This document shows, one piece after another, positions 12,005 through 21,461 of a DNA stretch of 64,000 nt (the first letter of the stretch is position 1; each line of letters starts with the position of its first letter). The stretch is from NCBI RefSeq assembly GCF_039541115.1, contig NZ_BAABFP010000005.1, positions 186,001 to 250,000 on the forward strand, in the 5' to 3' direction. The notes under the pieces were generated by a model that searched no databases, was not told the DNA's origin, and was given only the letters and a program-made list of their open reading frames with translations. Source of the stretch: Angustibacter luteus (lineage in GTDB: Bacteria; Actinomycetota; Actinomycetes; Actinomycetales; Angustibacteraceae). Both the position numbers and the translations under genes were made by a program.

Positions 12005-13060
12005 TCAGCCGGGGACCGGCCCGAGGTCGGGGGAGCAGACCCGCTGGCCGGACAGCGGCGACGGGTTGCCGCCGGACACCCGCCTGACCTCGGCCCAGCG
12101 CGACGACGCCACGTGCACCTTGGTGGCCGCGGTCCGCCACGACCAGCCGGAGCGGGCCGTGGCGCACACCGACCGGCTGACGACGCGGGGGGCGGCCTTG
12201 GGTCCCGCGAGCTGCTGCGCGACCCGGAGCGCCACGGTCTCCACGAGTGACATACCGGCGACCTGGCTCGGGTTGCGGTCGCTCAGCACCGTGATGACGT
12301 ACCCGCTCGTGGTCCCCGCTCGGCGGACGAAGCCGGTGGAGCCGACCCGCCAGCCGTTGCCCCGCATGGGGTAGAAGCCGTTCTTGAGGGCGACGTGCCA
12401 GCCGGCCGGAACGCCTCGGGTGATGCCCCAGCGCTGGGTCGGCGTCACGGCGCTCAGGTAGTCCAGGGCGATGGCGCGCCCGGCCGCGCGCAGCGGGCCG
12501 CCGCCGTAGAGCAGGCCGCGGGTGACCAGCGTCCGGTCCTTCGCGGTGGTCACCGTCGCGCCGTAGGCCAGGCTCTCGGTCGTGTGGGTCGCACCCATCC
12601 GGACGTCGAAGCGGTGCATGCCGGCGACACCGCCGACCCGGCCGAGCAGGTCGGACACGGACGGGTTGTTGTAGGAGTAGGTGATCATCGGCTTGATCCG
12701 GGCTCGTTCCCACGCCGTGGGGCCGCGGCCCCGGTCCTGCGCGCGCAGCAGGGTCGCCCCCAGGACACCGGCCTTGATCACCGACGCCGTCGTCAACCGC
12801 AGGCTCGGGTGCAGGTGGTACCAGCAGCGGGTGCGGGTGTCGTAGACCGCGGCGGTGACCCGGCGTCCCGGGTACTTCTTCGCCAGGGCCGCCGCGAACT
12901 CGGCGGTGAAGACCACCCCGCAGGACGCCGCCGCAGTGGCTGGTGCGGCTGCGGTTGCGGTGGGCGCAGCGGCCGAGGCCGGCGGGACGGGCACGAGGAG
13001 GGCGGCCCCCAGCAGGGCGCCGATCAGGGTCACGGGACGGCGAGCGCGCACCTGGACCAC
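12005..13060 (-). CDS. Secreted serine hydrolase, class A beta-lactamase/PBP-like fold
   Basis: Signal peptide, Ala-rich linker, SxxK (TASVIK), SxN (YSYN), KxG (LKNGF), short C-terminal extra domain. Confidence 0.8.
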   Translation of the reverse strand: MVQVRARRPVTLIGALLGAALLVPVPPASAAAPTATAAAPATAAASCGVVFTAEFAAALAKKYPGRRVTAAVYDTRTRCWYHLHPSLRLTTASVIKAGVLGATLLRAQDRGRGPTAWERARIKPMITYSYNNPSVSDLLGRVGGVAGMHRFDVRMGATHTTESLAYGATVTTAKDRTLVTRGLLYGGGPLRAAGRAIALDYLSAVTPTQRWGITRGVPAGWHVALKNGFYPMRGNGWRVGSTGFVRRAGTTSGYVITVLSDRNPSQVAGMSLVETVALRVAQQLAGPKAAPRVVSRSVCATARSGWSWRTAATKVHVASSRWAEVRRVSGGNPSPLSGQRVCSPDLGPVPG

Positions 13061-13101
13061 CTCCGCGCCCGACCGTAGCGCGCGCCACGTCGGCGTGGGG
13101 C

Positions 13102-14844
13102 TCAGGCCCGGGGCAGGTCCTCTTCCCAGAACTCAGTGCCGGAGCGGGCGTCGACCTCCGTGCCGGCTCCGTGCAGCTCCACCTCGCGGGCTCGCAGCTC
13201 GACCCGACGGATCTTGCCGCTGATGGTCTTGGGGAGGTCAGCGAACTCGATTCGCCGGATCCGCTTGTACGGCGCGAGGTGGGCCCGGGCGTGGTCGAGG
13301 ATGGACGCCGCGGTGGCGGCGTTCGGCTCGTACCCGGCGGCGAGCACCACGTACGCCTTCGGGACGGCCAGCCGGGTCGGTTCGGGGGACGGCACGACGG
13401 CGGCCTCCGCCACCGCAGGGTGCTCGATCAGCACGCTCTCCAGCTCGAACGGGCTGATCCGGTAGTCGGACGCCTTGAACACGTCGTCCGAGCGGCCGAC
13501 GTACGTGATGTAGCCGTCGTCGTCCCGTCGGGCGACGTCCCCGGTGTGGTACGCGTTCTGCCGCATGGCATCCGCGTTGCGGTCGTGGTCGTCCCGGTAG
13601 CCCACCATCAGCCCGAGCGGGCGCCCGTACCGGCCGTCCAACGGTAGGCACAGCTCGCCCTCGTCGCCCTGGTCGCCGGTGACCGGGTCGAGCAGGAGCA
13701 CCTCGTACCCGGGGAGCGGGCGGCCCATCGACCCCGGCTTCAGCGCCGCCCCCGGCGGGTTGCCGACCTGGGCGGTGGTCTCGGTCTGGCCGTAGCCGTC
13801 GCGCACGGTCAGGCCCCAGGCCCGTTCGACCTGCTCGATCACCTCGGGGTTCAGGGGCTCGCCGGCGCCGACGACCTCACGCAGGGGGATGGCGCCGCGG
13901 TGGGCGGCCAGATCGGCCTGGACCAGCATCCGCCACACCGTCGGCGGCGCGCAGAACGTCGTCACCCCGCACTCGGCCATCCTCGCCAGCAGCGGCTCGG
14001 CCGCGAACCGGGACTGGTTGACCACCAGCACGGTGGCCTCGGCGTTCCACGGCGCGAACAGGTTGCTCCAGGCATGCTTCGCCCAGCCGGGAGAGCTGAT
14101 GTTCAGGTGCACGTCGCCGGGCTGCAGCCCGATCCAGTACATCGTCGACAGGTGACCCACGGGGTAGGACACGTGGGTGTGCTCGACGAGCTTGGGCTGG
14201 GCAGTCGTCCCTGACGTGAAGTACAGCAGCAGCGGCTCGTCGGCGCGGGTCGCGACCTCGGGGGTGAACGAACCCAGGTGCTCGAAGCTGGCCCCGTAGG
14301 ACAACCAGCCGGGGACGTCGTCGCCGACCGCGATGCGGGTCCAGCCGCCGCCGACGTCGGCGAACTTCTCGGTGTCGTCCGTGCGGGCGACGACGTGCGC
14401 GACGTGACCCCGGTGCACCCGGTCCTGCAGGTCGGCCGCCCCGAGCAGGGTGCTGGCCGGGATGACGACGACGCCGAGCTTGATGCAGGCGAGCAGGGTC
14501 TCCCACAGCTCGACCTGGTTGCCCAGCATGAGCAGCAGCCGGTCGCCGCGGTCCACGCCGTGCGCCTGCAGCCAGGCGGCGAGCTGGTTGGACCGGTCCG
14601 CCATCTCCGCGTAGGTGACCTGGGTGCTCGTGCCGTCCTCCTCGACGACCCACAGCGCCGTGCGTGGTCCCGTCTGCGGGGATCCGGCCACGACGTCGAA
14701 CCAGTCCAACCCCCAGTTGAAGTGCTCCAGGCGCGGCGGGACGTACTGCCGCATCGCGCTGTCGTAGTCCTCCCGGTCGAGCAGCAGCAGGTCCCGTGCC
14801 GCCCGGAAGGTCTCGTGGCTGTTGTCGTGCTCCGGCAAGGTCAT
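13102..14844 (-). CDS. AMP-forming acyl-CoA synthetase
   Basis: YFTSGTTAQPK, GYGQTETT, YHTGD, GRSDD, PKTISGKIRR. Confidence 0.92.
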   Translation of the reverse strand: MTLPEHDNSHETFRAARDLLLLDREDYDSAMRQYVPPRLEHFNWGLDWFDVVAGSPQTGPRTALWVVEEDGTSTQVTYAEMADRSNQLAAWLQAHGVDRGDRLLLMLGNQVELWETLLACIKLGVVVIPASTLLGAADLQDRVHRGHVAHVVARTDDTEKFADVGGGWTRIAVGDDVPGWLSYGASFEHLGSFTPEVATRADEPLLLYFTSGTTAQPKLVEHTHVSYPVGHLSTMYWIGLQPGDVHLNISSPGWAKHAWSNLFAPWNAEATVLVVNQSRFAAEPLLARMAECGVTTFCAPPTVWRMLVQADLAAHRGAIPLREVVGAGEPLNPEVIEQVERAWGLTVRDGYGQTETTAQVGNPPGAALKPGSMGRPLPGYEVLLLDPVTGDQGDEGELCLPLDGRYGRPLGLMVGYRDDHDRNADAMRQNAYHTGDVARRDDDGYITYVGRSDDVFKASDYRISPFELESVLIEHPAVAEAAVVPSPEPTRLAVPKAYVVLAAGYEPNAATAASILDHARAHLAPYKRIRRIEFADLPKTISGKIRRVELRAREVELHGAGTEVDARSGTEFWEEDLPRA

Positions 14845-14975
14845 GTCATGGACCCTCGCACCCGGCGCGGCGGCGTGCAACGGTGGACGCCCGGGACGCA
14901 GACTGGATCCTCAAGGCGGCGACGTGTCCTGTCGACGCCCATATGTCGATCTCATCCGTCCCAGGAGGCACCACC

Positions 14976-15545
14976 ATGCGCAGCCGTCACGGCTCTCACG
15001 CCGTCCTCGCCGCAGGCTGCGCAGCCCTCGCCGTCGCAGTGCTGAGCGGGTGCGGTACCGGCGACGGCGGCCAGGTGGCGGCCTCGGCCCCGGCCGCACC
15101 GAGCGCGAGCACCGGCTCCACGACCACGGACCCGCCGTCCGAGCCGGCGAGCCCGTCCCAGACCGGTGCTCCCTCGGCGACTGCCTCGGCGACGTCCACC
15201 GCATCGGCCGCGCCGTCGCCGGCGTGGCCGAAGTCGCTCGGCGAGCCCCAGCAGGGTGACCCGGTGTGGGGGGTGTACCTGGCCGTCGGCCACAGCGCTA
15301 GCGACCCGGCGGTGGAGCGGGCCCAGAAGGACGCCGCGTCCGTCGGCTACCAGGCGGTCGTCGGCGACGTCGCGTGCGACCAGGGGGCCATGGAGGCCCT
15401 CAAGCTCGACGAGTACGACTACTGGTCGGCCGCGACCCTCTACTTCGCCACCCAGCAGCAGGCCACCACCTTTGCCGCGGCCTACACCGCCAAGGTCGGC
15501 GCACCCAAGGGCGTCGCCAAGGTCAACGTGGGCTGCCTGGACTGA
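14976..15545 (+). CDS. Putative lipoprotein of unknown function
   Basis: AGGAGG RBS, signal peptide with lipobox LSGC, Ser/Thr/Pro-rich linker, compact C-terminal domain. Confidence 0.75.
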   Translation: MRSRHGSHAVLAAGCAALAVAVLSGCGTGDGGQVAASAPAAPSASTGSTTTDPPSEPASPSQTGAPSATASATSTASAAPSPAWPKSLGEPQQGDPVWGVYLAVGHSASDPAVERAQKDAASVGYQAVVGDVACDQGAMEALKLDEYDYWSAATLYFATQQQATTFAAAYTAKVGAPKGVAKVNVGCLD

Positions 15546-16503
15546 GGGGGTCCTGGGGCGAACGTGCATGATCACGGGGAGGGGGAACGGGGCGGGTCCC
15601 CACCCGGGTGACCAATGCCGCGCCCGCCCGGCACCCGGCGGCCAGGGCGTCGGCCACGGCCCCGCCGTCCGACGTCACGGGGAGGGTCACGGCGAGGGTC
15701 ACGGCGAGGTAGGCAGCGCAGAAGGCGTCGCCCGCGCCGGTCGAGTCGACGACGGCCCCGGACGGCGGGCACGCCGGCACGGTCACCGGGGCCGCGCCCT
15801 CGCTCGCCCACCGGGCACCGGCCCGGCCCAGCTTGAGCACCACCTCGCGGTAGTCGGCGGTGAGCCGGGCCACGGCGAGCTCGGGGTCTCGCGTGCCGAC
15901 CAGGACCTCGGCCTCGTCGAGCGTGCAGAAGACGAGGTCCGTGCCCTCGGTCAGCCGGACGAACTCCTTGCCACCCAACGCCTGCAGCGGCGCGGCGCTC
16001 GCCACGTCGACCGACGTCCGCACCCCGGCGGCGCGCGCGGCGGCGAGTGCCGCGGACCCGGCGTCACGCGATCCGGGGTTGAGCAACGTGTACCCCGAGA
16101 CGTGCAGCCACCCGGCGCTGGCCACGTCCCCGGCCGCCACGTCGTCGGTGGTGAGCCCGGAGTTCGCGCCGGCGTCCGGCAGCATCGTGCGCTCGCCGTC
16201 GGCGCCGACCAGCACCACGACGGTGCCGGTCGCCCGGACGTCGTCCACGGCCACCCGCACGTCGACGCCGCCGGTGCGCAGCACCTGGACCGACTCGGTG
16301 CCGAAGGGGTCCGCGCCGACCCGGCCGACGAAGCGGACCGGCACGTCCAGCGCCGCGAGCCACGCCGCGACGTTCGCGCCCGCCCCGCCCTGGTGGGTCT
16401 GCACGTGGGCGGCGGTGTCCGAGCCCAGCGCGAGCGGGTCGTCCACCCGCGCCACGACGTCGGTCATCACGTCCCCGATCACCAGCACCGGCGCGCCGCT
16501 CAC
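15523..16503 (-). CDS. PfkB family carbohydrate kinase, likely pseudouridine kinase
   Basis: GGAGANVA and DSTGAGDAF motifs. GTGA-coupled to psuG. Confidence 0.85.
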   Translation of the reverse strand: MSGAPVLVIGDVMTDVVARVDDPLALGSDTAAHVQTHQGGAGANVAAWLAALDVPVRFVGRVGADPFGTESVQVLRTGGVDVRVAVDDVRATGTVVVLVGADGERTMLPDAGANSGLTTDDVAAGDVASAGWLHVSGYTLLNPGSRDAGSAALAAARAAGVRTSVDVASAAPLQALGGKEFVRLTEGTDLVFCTLDEAEVLVGTRDPELAVARLTADYREVVLKLGRAGARWASEGAAPVTVPACPPSGAVVDSTGAGDAFCAAYLAVTLAVTLPVTSDGGAVADALAAGCRAGAALVTRVGTRPVPPPRDHARSPQDPLSPGSPR

Positions 16504-17417
16504 GAGTGCTGGCCGCCGGTGGCGTGCGCGACGGCGATCTGCGCGGCGAGCGCGGCGTTGCGCAGGATGATCCGGGTGTTGACCTCGAGGCTTCGCCCGT
16601 CGGTGTCGTGGTGGAACCGGGCGAGCAGGTAGGGCGTGGTGTCCTTGCCGTGCACGCCCTCGGCGTCCGCGCCGGCCAGGGCCTGGGTGAGCACCCGGTC
16701 GTGCAGGGCCGGGTCGAGCTGCTCGTCGGCCGGGAGCGGGTTGGCGACGACGAGCCCGGCCCGGTCGGTGCCCAGCTCGGCCCGGGAGCGCATGACGGCA
16801 GCCACCGCCTGCGGGCTGTCCACCCGGTGCTCGACGGCGTGCCCGGAGTCGGACAGGTAGAAGCCCGGGAACCGGTCCGTGCGGTAGCCGACCAGGCCGA
16901 TGCCCAGCGTCTCCATCCGCTCCAGGGTGGCGGCGACGTCCAGGATCGACTTCACTCCGGCGCACACCACGGTGGTCGGCACCCGCGACAGGGTGACCAG
17001 GTCGGCGGACTCGTCGAACGTCAGGTTCGCGCCGCGGTGCACGCCGCCCAGGCCGCCGGTCGCGAACACGGCGATGCCGGCCCGGGCCGCCAGGTGCGCG
17101 GTCGAGGCGACCGTGGTCGCGCCATGCCCGCCGCGGGCCGCGACCACCGCCAGGTCGCGCACGCTCACCTTCACCACGGAGTCGTCCCCGGCGACCGTGG
17201 CCAGCGCCGCGTCGTCCAGGCCGATCCGCACCTGGCCGGCGACGAGCGCCACCGTGGCCGGCACGGCCCCGCCGTCCCGCACGACCTGCTCGATCTCCCG
17301 GGCGACCGTGAGGTTGGTCGGCCGGGGCAGCCCGTGGCTGATGATGGTTGACTCCAGCGCCACGACGGGGCGGCCCTCGGCGAGCGCCGCGCGCACCTCG
17401 TCGGACAGCACGATCAC
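16500..17417 (-). CDS. psuG: Pseudouridine-5'-phosphate glycosidase
   Basis: VVALESTIISHGLP, ATTVAST, FATGGLGGVHRGA, DESADL, GKDTTPYLL. Confidence 0.93.
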   Translation of the reverse strand: MIVLSDEVRAALAEGRPVVALESTIISHGLPRPTNLTVAREIEQVVRDGGAVPATVALVAGQVRIGLDDAALATVAGDDSVVKVSVRDLAVVAARGGHGATTVASTAHLAARAGIAVFATGGLGGVHRGANLTFDESADLVTLSRVPTTVVCAGVKSILDVAATLERMETLGIGLVGYRTDRFPGFYLSDSGHAVEHRVDSPQAVAAVMRSRAELGTDRAGLVVANPLPADEQLDPALHDRVLTQALAGADAEGVHGKDTTPYLLARFHHDTDGRSLEVNTRIILRNAALAAQIAVAHATGGQHS

Positions 17418-17473
17418 AGCCGGCTCCTCGTCATGCGCCGCAGCCTAACCAGCGACCGGACTAGGCTCGCGGC

Positions 17474-20119
17474 GTGCCCGCAGACACGCTCCCGTACCCC
17501 GCGCACTGGGAGGCGGACGTCGTCCTGCGGGACGGCGGGGTCGTGCACCTGCGGCCGATCCGGCCGGACGACGCCCCGGCCGTCGAGGAGTTCCACGCCG
17601 GGCAGAGCGCCGAGTCGATCTACCTGCGGTTCTTCGCTCCGCTGGCTCGGCTCTCGGACCGCGAGCTCCAGCGCTTCACGAACGTCGACCACCGGGACCG
17701 GGTCGGGCTGGTGGCCACCCTGGACGACGCGATCGTGGGGATCGGCCGGTACGACCGGATCGAGGGGTCCACGGCGGAGGTGGCGTTCAACATCTCGGAC
17801 GCCCACCAGGGGCGCGGCGTCGGCTCGGTCCTGCTGGAGCACCTCGCCGCGGCCGCGCGCGAGCGGGGGATCGGCAAGTTCGTGGCCGACGTCCTGCCGC
17901 AGAACCGCAAGATGATCGCGGTCTTCAGCGACGCCGGCTACCAGGTGAGCCACCGCTACGAGGACGGCGTGATCGCCCTGTCGTTCGACATCTCGCCCAC
18001 CGAGGACTCCGACCAGGTCCGGGAGGCTCGCGAGCACCGCGCCGAGGCGCGCAGCGTGCAGACCCTGCTGAACCCGACGTCGGTGGCGGTCGTCGGCGCG
18101 AGCCGCGACCCGGACGCCATCGGCCACCGGCTGCTGCAGAACCTGATCGAGGGGGGCTTCACCGGGCCGCTCTACGCGGTGAACCCGGAGGCCTGGGAGG
18201 TCCAGGGCGTCGAGAGCCACACCCGGGTCACCGACATCCCCGGCCAGGTCGACCTCGCGGTGGTCGCCGTCCCCGCCGAGAGCGTCGGCGACGTGGTCGC
18301 CGACTGCGGCACCGCCGGCGTACGCGGGCTGGTCGTGGTCAGCAGCGGCTTCGCCGAGACCGGTGAGGACGGCGCGGCGCGGCAGGTCTCGCTCGTCCGC
18401 ACGGCCCACCGGCGCGGCATGCGGGTGGTCGGGCCGAACTCGTTCGGCATCGTGAACACCGACCCGGCGGTCCGGCTCAACGCCTCGCTGGCCCCGGCGC
18501 TGCCCCCGAACGGCCGGCTCGGCCTGTTCAGCCAGTCCGGCGCGCTGGGCATCGCGGTGCTCGACACCGCCCGCCGGCGCGGGCTCGGGGTCTCCAGCTT
18601 CCTGTCGTCGGGCAACCGCGCGGACGTGTCCGGCAACGACGCCATGCAGTACTGGCTGGACGACCCGGCGACCGACGCGGTCGGCCTGTACCTGGAGAGC
18701 ATGGGCAACCCGCGCAAGTTCTCCCGGGTCGCGCGGCGGCTGTCCCGCAGCAAGCCCGTCATCGTGCTGAAGTCCGGACAGTCCAGCTTCGGCGTCCCGC
18801 CCGGTCACACCGTGCGGGAGTCGCTGCTGCCACGGGACGCCGTCGACCAGATCCTGCACCAGGCCGGCGTCATCCGGGTGGAGAACATCCACCAGCTGTT
18901 CGACGTCGCGCAGCTGGTCGTGCACCAGCCCCTGCCCACCGGACCGCGGGTGGCCGTGGTGACCAACTCCGCCGCGCTGGGGGCGTTGGCGGCCGACGCC
19001 TGCGCCAGCTGGGGCCTGGACGTCGTGCACGGTCCCGTCGCGGTGGCCTCGGAGGCGAGCGCGGACGAGTTCCGGCAGGCGCTGACCGCGGCCTTCGCCG
19101 CCCCCGACGTCGACTCCGTCGTCGCCGGCTTCATCCCGCCGCTGGTGACCATCGACGCGGACGTCGCCGTGGCGCTCGCGGAGGTCGCCGCCGCCGGGGA
19201 CAAGACCTGCGTGGCGACGTTCTTGGGGATGCACGGCGTCACCGAGGCGCTGTCGTCGTCCTCGCGAACCGTTCCGGCGTACCCGACGCCGGAGGACTCG
19301 GTGCGCGCCCTGGTCTCCGCGACCCGGTACGCGCAGTGGCGCAGCCGCGACCGCGGCCAGCGGGTCGCCCCGAAGGACCTGCAGCGCGAGCGGGCCCGTG
19401 AGCTGGTGGAGCGGCTGACCCCGACCGACCCGGACGGCGTGTGGTTGGAGCCGAGCGACGCCGCCGAGCTGTTGGCCGCGTACGGGGTGGAGGTCTGGCC
19501 GTCGTTCCCGGTGACCACCGCGGCGGAGGCGGCCGCGGCCGCGGAGCGGGCGGGCTACCCGGTGGCGCTCAAGGCGACCGCGCCGCTGCTGCGGCACCGC
19601 GCCGACCTGGGTGCGGTCCGGCTGGACATCCTGAGCGAGGGCGAGCTGCGGCACGACTTCGACGAGATGCTCCGACTGCTCGAGCGGCACGGTCCGGGGG
19701 AGTTCGTCGTCCAGGCCATGGCGCCGGTCGGGGTGGCCTGCGTGCTGCGCTCCGTCGAGGACCCGTTGTTCGGGCCGGTCGTGGAGTTCGGCGTCGGCGG
19801 GCCACCGACCGAGCTGCTCGGAGACGTCGCCCGCCGCAGCCCGCCGCTGCGCGAGGGGGACGTCGTCGACCTGGTCCGGGGGATCCGGGCGGCGCCGCTG
19901 CTGTTCGGGTACCGCGGCGCCGAGCCGGTGGACGTCGACGCGTTGGAGGACCTCGTGGGCCGGGTGTCCGTGCTCGCCGACGACCTGCAGCAGGTGGCCG
20001 AGCTGGAGCTGAACCCGGTCGTCGCCGCACCCGAGGGTGTCTCGGTGCTCTCCGCGCGGGTGCGGTTGGCGCCACCCCCGGTCCGTACGGACGCCGACAC
20101 CCGCCGCATCCCCGGCTGA
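17474..20119 (+). CDS. GNAT plus NDP-forming acyl-CoA synthetase-like fusion (Pat-type protein lysine acetyltransferase)
   Basis: YPAHWEADVVLRDG, QGRGVG GNAT motif A, CoA-binding VAVVGAS, GPNSFG, SQSG, GNRADVS, ATP-grasp-like ELELNPV. Confidence 0.9.
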   Translation: MPADTLPYPAHWEADVVLRDGGVVHLRPIRPDDAPAVEEFHAGQSAESIYLRFFAPLARLSDRELQRFTNVDHRDRVGLVATLDDAIVGIGRYDRIEGSTAEVAFNISDAHQGRGVGSVLLEHLAAAARERGIGKFVADVLPQNRKMIAVFSDAGYQVSHRYEDGVIALSFDISPTEDSDQVREAREHRAEARSVQTLLNPTSVAVVGASRDPDAIGHRLLQNLIEGGFTGPLYAVNPEAWEVQGVESHTRVTDIPGQVDLAVVAVPAESVGDVVADCGTAGVRGLVVVSSGFAETGEDGAARQVSLVRTAHRRGMRVVGPNSFGIVNTDPAVRLNASLAPALPPNGRLGLFSQSGALGIAVLDTARRRGLGVSSFLSSGNRADVSGNDAMQYWLDDPATDAVGLYLESMGNPRKFSRVARRLSRSKPVIVLKSGQSSFGVPPGHTVRESLLPRDAVDQILHQAGVIRVENIHQLFDVAQLVVHQPLPTGPRVAVVTNSAALGALAADACASWGLDVVHGPVAVASEASADEFRQALTAAFAAPDVDSVVAGFIPPLVTIDADVAVALAEVAAAGDKTCVATFLGMHGVTEALSSSSRTVPAYPTPEDSVRALVSATRYAQWRSRDRGQRVAPKDLQRERARELVERLTPTDPDGVWLEPSDAAELLAAYGVEVWPSFPVTTAAEAAAAAERAGYPVALKATAPLLRHRADLGAVRLDILSEGELRHDFDEMLRLLERHGPGEFVVQAMAPVGVACVLRSVEDPLFGPVVEFGVGGPPTELLGDVARRSPPLREGDVVDLVRGIRAAPLLFGYRGAEPVDVDALEDLVGRVSVLADDLQQVAELELNPVVAAPEGVSVLSARVRLAPPPVRTDADTRRIPG

Positions 20120-20133
20120 GCCAGAAAACCGCG

Positions 20134-20161
20134 TGGTACACAGGTGGCCACAGGTGTACCA
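20134..20161. promoter_or_regulatory. Palindromic operator upstream of vapB (probable TA autoregulation site)
   Basis: TGGTACAC-AG-GTGGCCAC-AG-GTGTACCA, 24 of 28 positions self-complementary. Overlaps a TACCAT -10-like hexamer. Confidence 0.7.
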
Positions 20162-20169
20162 TCAGGATC

Positions 20170-20430
20170 ATGACGCCAGCCGCGGAGCACGTGGTCGGAA
20201 CGCGCGAGCTGCGCGACCACCTCAGCAGTGTCCTGCGTCGCGTTGAGGCGGGCGAGCCCATCACTGTGACGGCCTCGGGTCGGGCGGTGGCCCAGCTGGT
20301 CCCGCTCCGAGCGGGCGGGTGGACGCCACGCTCACAGGTCGAGCAGATCCTGGCCGCGTCGCTCGCGGATGCCGGCCTCTCGCGCGACCTCGGGGAACTG
20401 GCGGGCGACGAGCTCGACGATCTCGCGTGA
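20170..20430 (+). CDS. vapB: Phd/YefM family antitoxin (VapB)
   Basis: VGTRELRDHLSSVLRRVEAGEPITVTASGRAVAQLVP is a Phd-fold signature. Confidence 0.9.
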   Translation: MTPAAEHVVGTRELRDHLSSVLRRVEAGEPITVTASGRAVAQLVPLRAGGWTPRSQVEQILAASLADAGLSRDLGELAGDELDDLA

Positions 20431-20819
20431 GTACCGGACGAGGCCTGCTGGACACGTCCGTGTTCATCGCGCGGGTGGACGGCCGGCCCGCAGACCTGTC
20501 CTCCCTGCCGGACGAGCTCGCGGTGTCGATCGTGACCGTCGGAGAGCTGTGGGCGGGGGTGCTGGCAGCCCACGACACCGCCACGAGGGCCCGCCGCATG
20601 CGCACCGCCTCCGATGCCGCGGCGGTCGCGACGATCGAGATCGGCGTCGACGTCGCTCGCACGTGGGCGCAGCTGCGCGTCGCGCTGCGCGACACCGGCC
20701 GGCGGATGAAGGTCAACGACTCCTGGATCGCGGCCACCGCCATGGCACTCGACGTCCCGGTCGTGACGCAGGACGCTGACTTCGACGACGTCCCCGGCCT
20801 CAGCGTGATCCGGGTGTGA
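20427..20819 (+). CDS. vapC: PIN-domain toxin VapC
   Basis: LLDTSVFI, TVGEL, VNDSWIAATA, VTQDADF, so the acidic residues are present. GTGA overlap with vapB. Confidence 0.92.
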   Translation: MSTGRGLLDTSVFIARVDGRPADLSSLPDELAVSIVTVGELWAGVLAAHDTATRARRMRTASDAAAVATIEIGVDVARTWAQLRVALRDTGRRMKVNDSWIAATAMALDVPVVTQDADFDDVPGLSVIRV

Positions 20820-20867
20820 GCACAACCGTGGTCATGCGGGTCGACCTGCGGGTGGGATGATGTGCGG

Positions 20868-21461
20868 ATGCGCAAGACGCCGAGCCTGCCCACCACGCTG
20901 CGTGACGACCTCGAGCACGCCGGGTACTACCCCGACCTCGTGGCCGACGTGCTGGACGTCAGCGTGGCGGGGGAGCCGACCCACGGCCACCTCGTGCACG
21001 CCGAGACGACGTTCGACCACGACGTCGTGCGCCGGCACATCACCGTCCTGGTGCTCACCGCGACCCGGCTGGTCGTCGTGCACGCGGACGACCACGCGCC
21101 CGAGCCGCCGGACGGGCCGCCGCAGTCGTACGCGACCGCCGCGACCGAGGCCGTCCCGCTGCCCGCGGTGAAGTCCGTCGTCGTCACGCACGTGGTGCCG
21201 CGTCCGGAGACCTACCGGTCGGGCGAGGGGTCGCGCGAGCTCACCCTCACCATCGGCTGGGGTGGCGTGAGCCGGCTCGACCTCGAGCCGGCCGGCTGCG
21301 CGGACCCGGACTGCGAGGCCGACCACGGCTACACGGGCACGGCGAGCACCGACGACATCTCGTTGCGGGTCTCCGCCGACGCCGACGGCGAGGAGGCCAT
21401 GCAGCGCGCGCTGGACTTCGCCCGCGCGCTGTCCGCGGCCACCGCCGGTCGCGCCGGGTGA
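20868..21461 (+). CDS. DUF5998 family protein
   Basis: GYYPDLV, ETTFD, VRRHITVL, LEPAGCADPDCEADHGYTG. Confidence 0.85.
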   Translation: MRKTPSLPTTLRDDLEHAGYYPDLVADVLDVSVAGEPTHGHLVHAETTFDHDVVRRHITVLVLTATRLVVVHADDHAPEPPDGPPQSYATAATEAVPLPAVKSVVVTHVVPRPETYRSGEGSRELTLTIGWGGVSRLDLEPAGCADPDCEADHGYTGTASTDDISLRVSADADGEEAMQRALDFARALSAATAGRAG

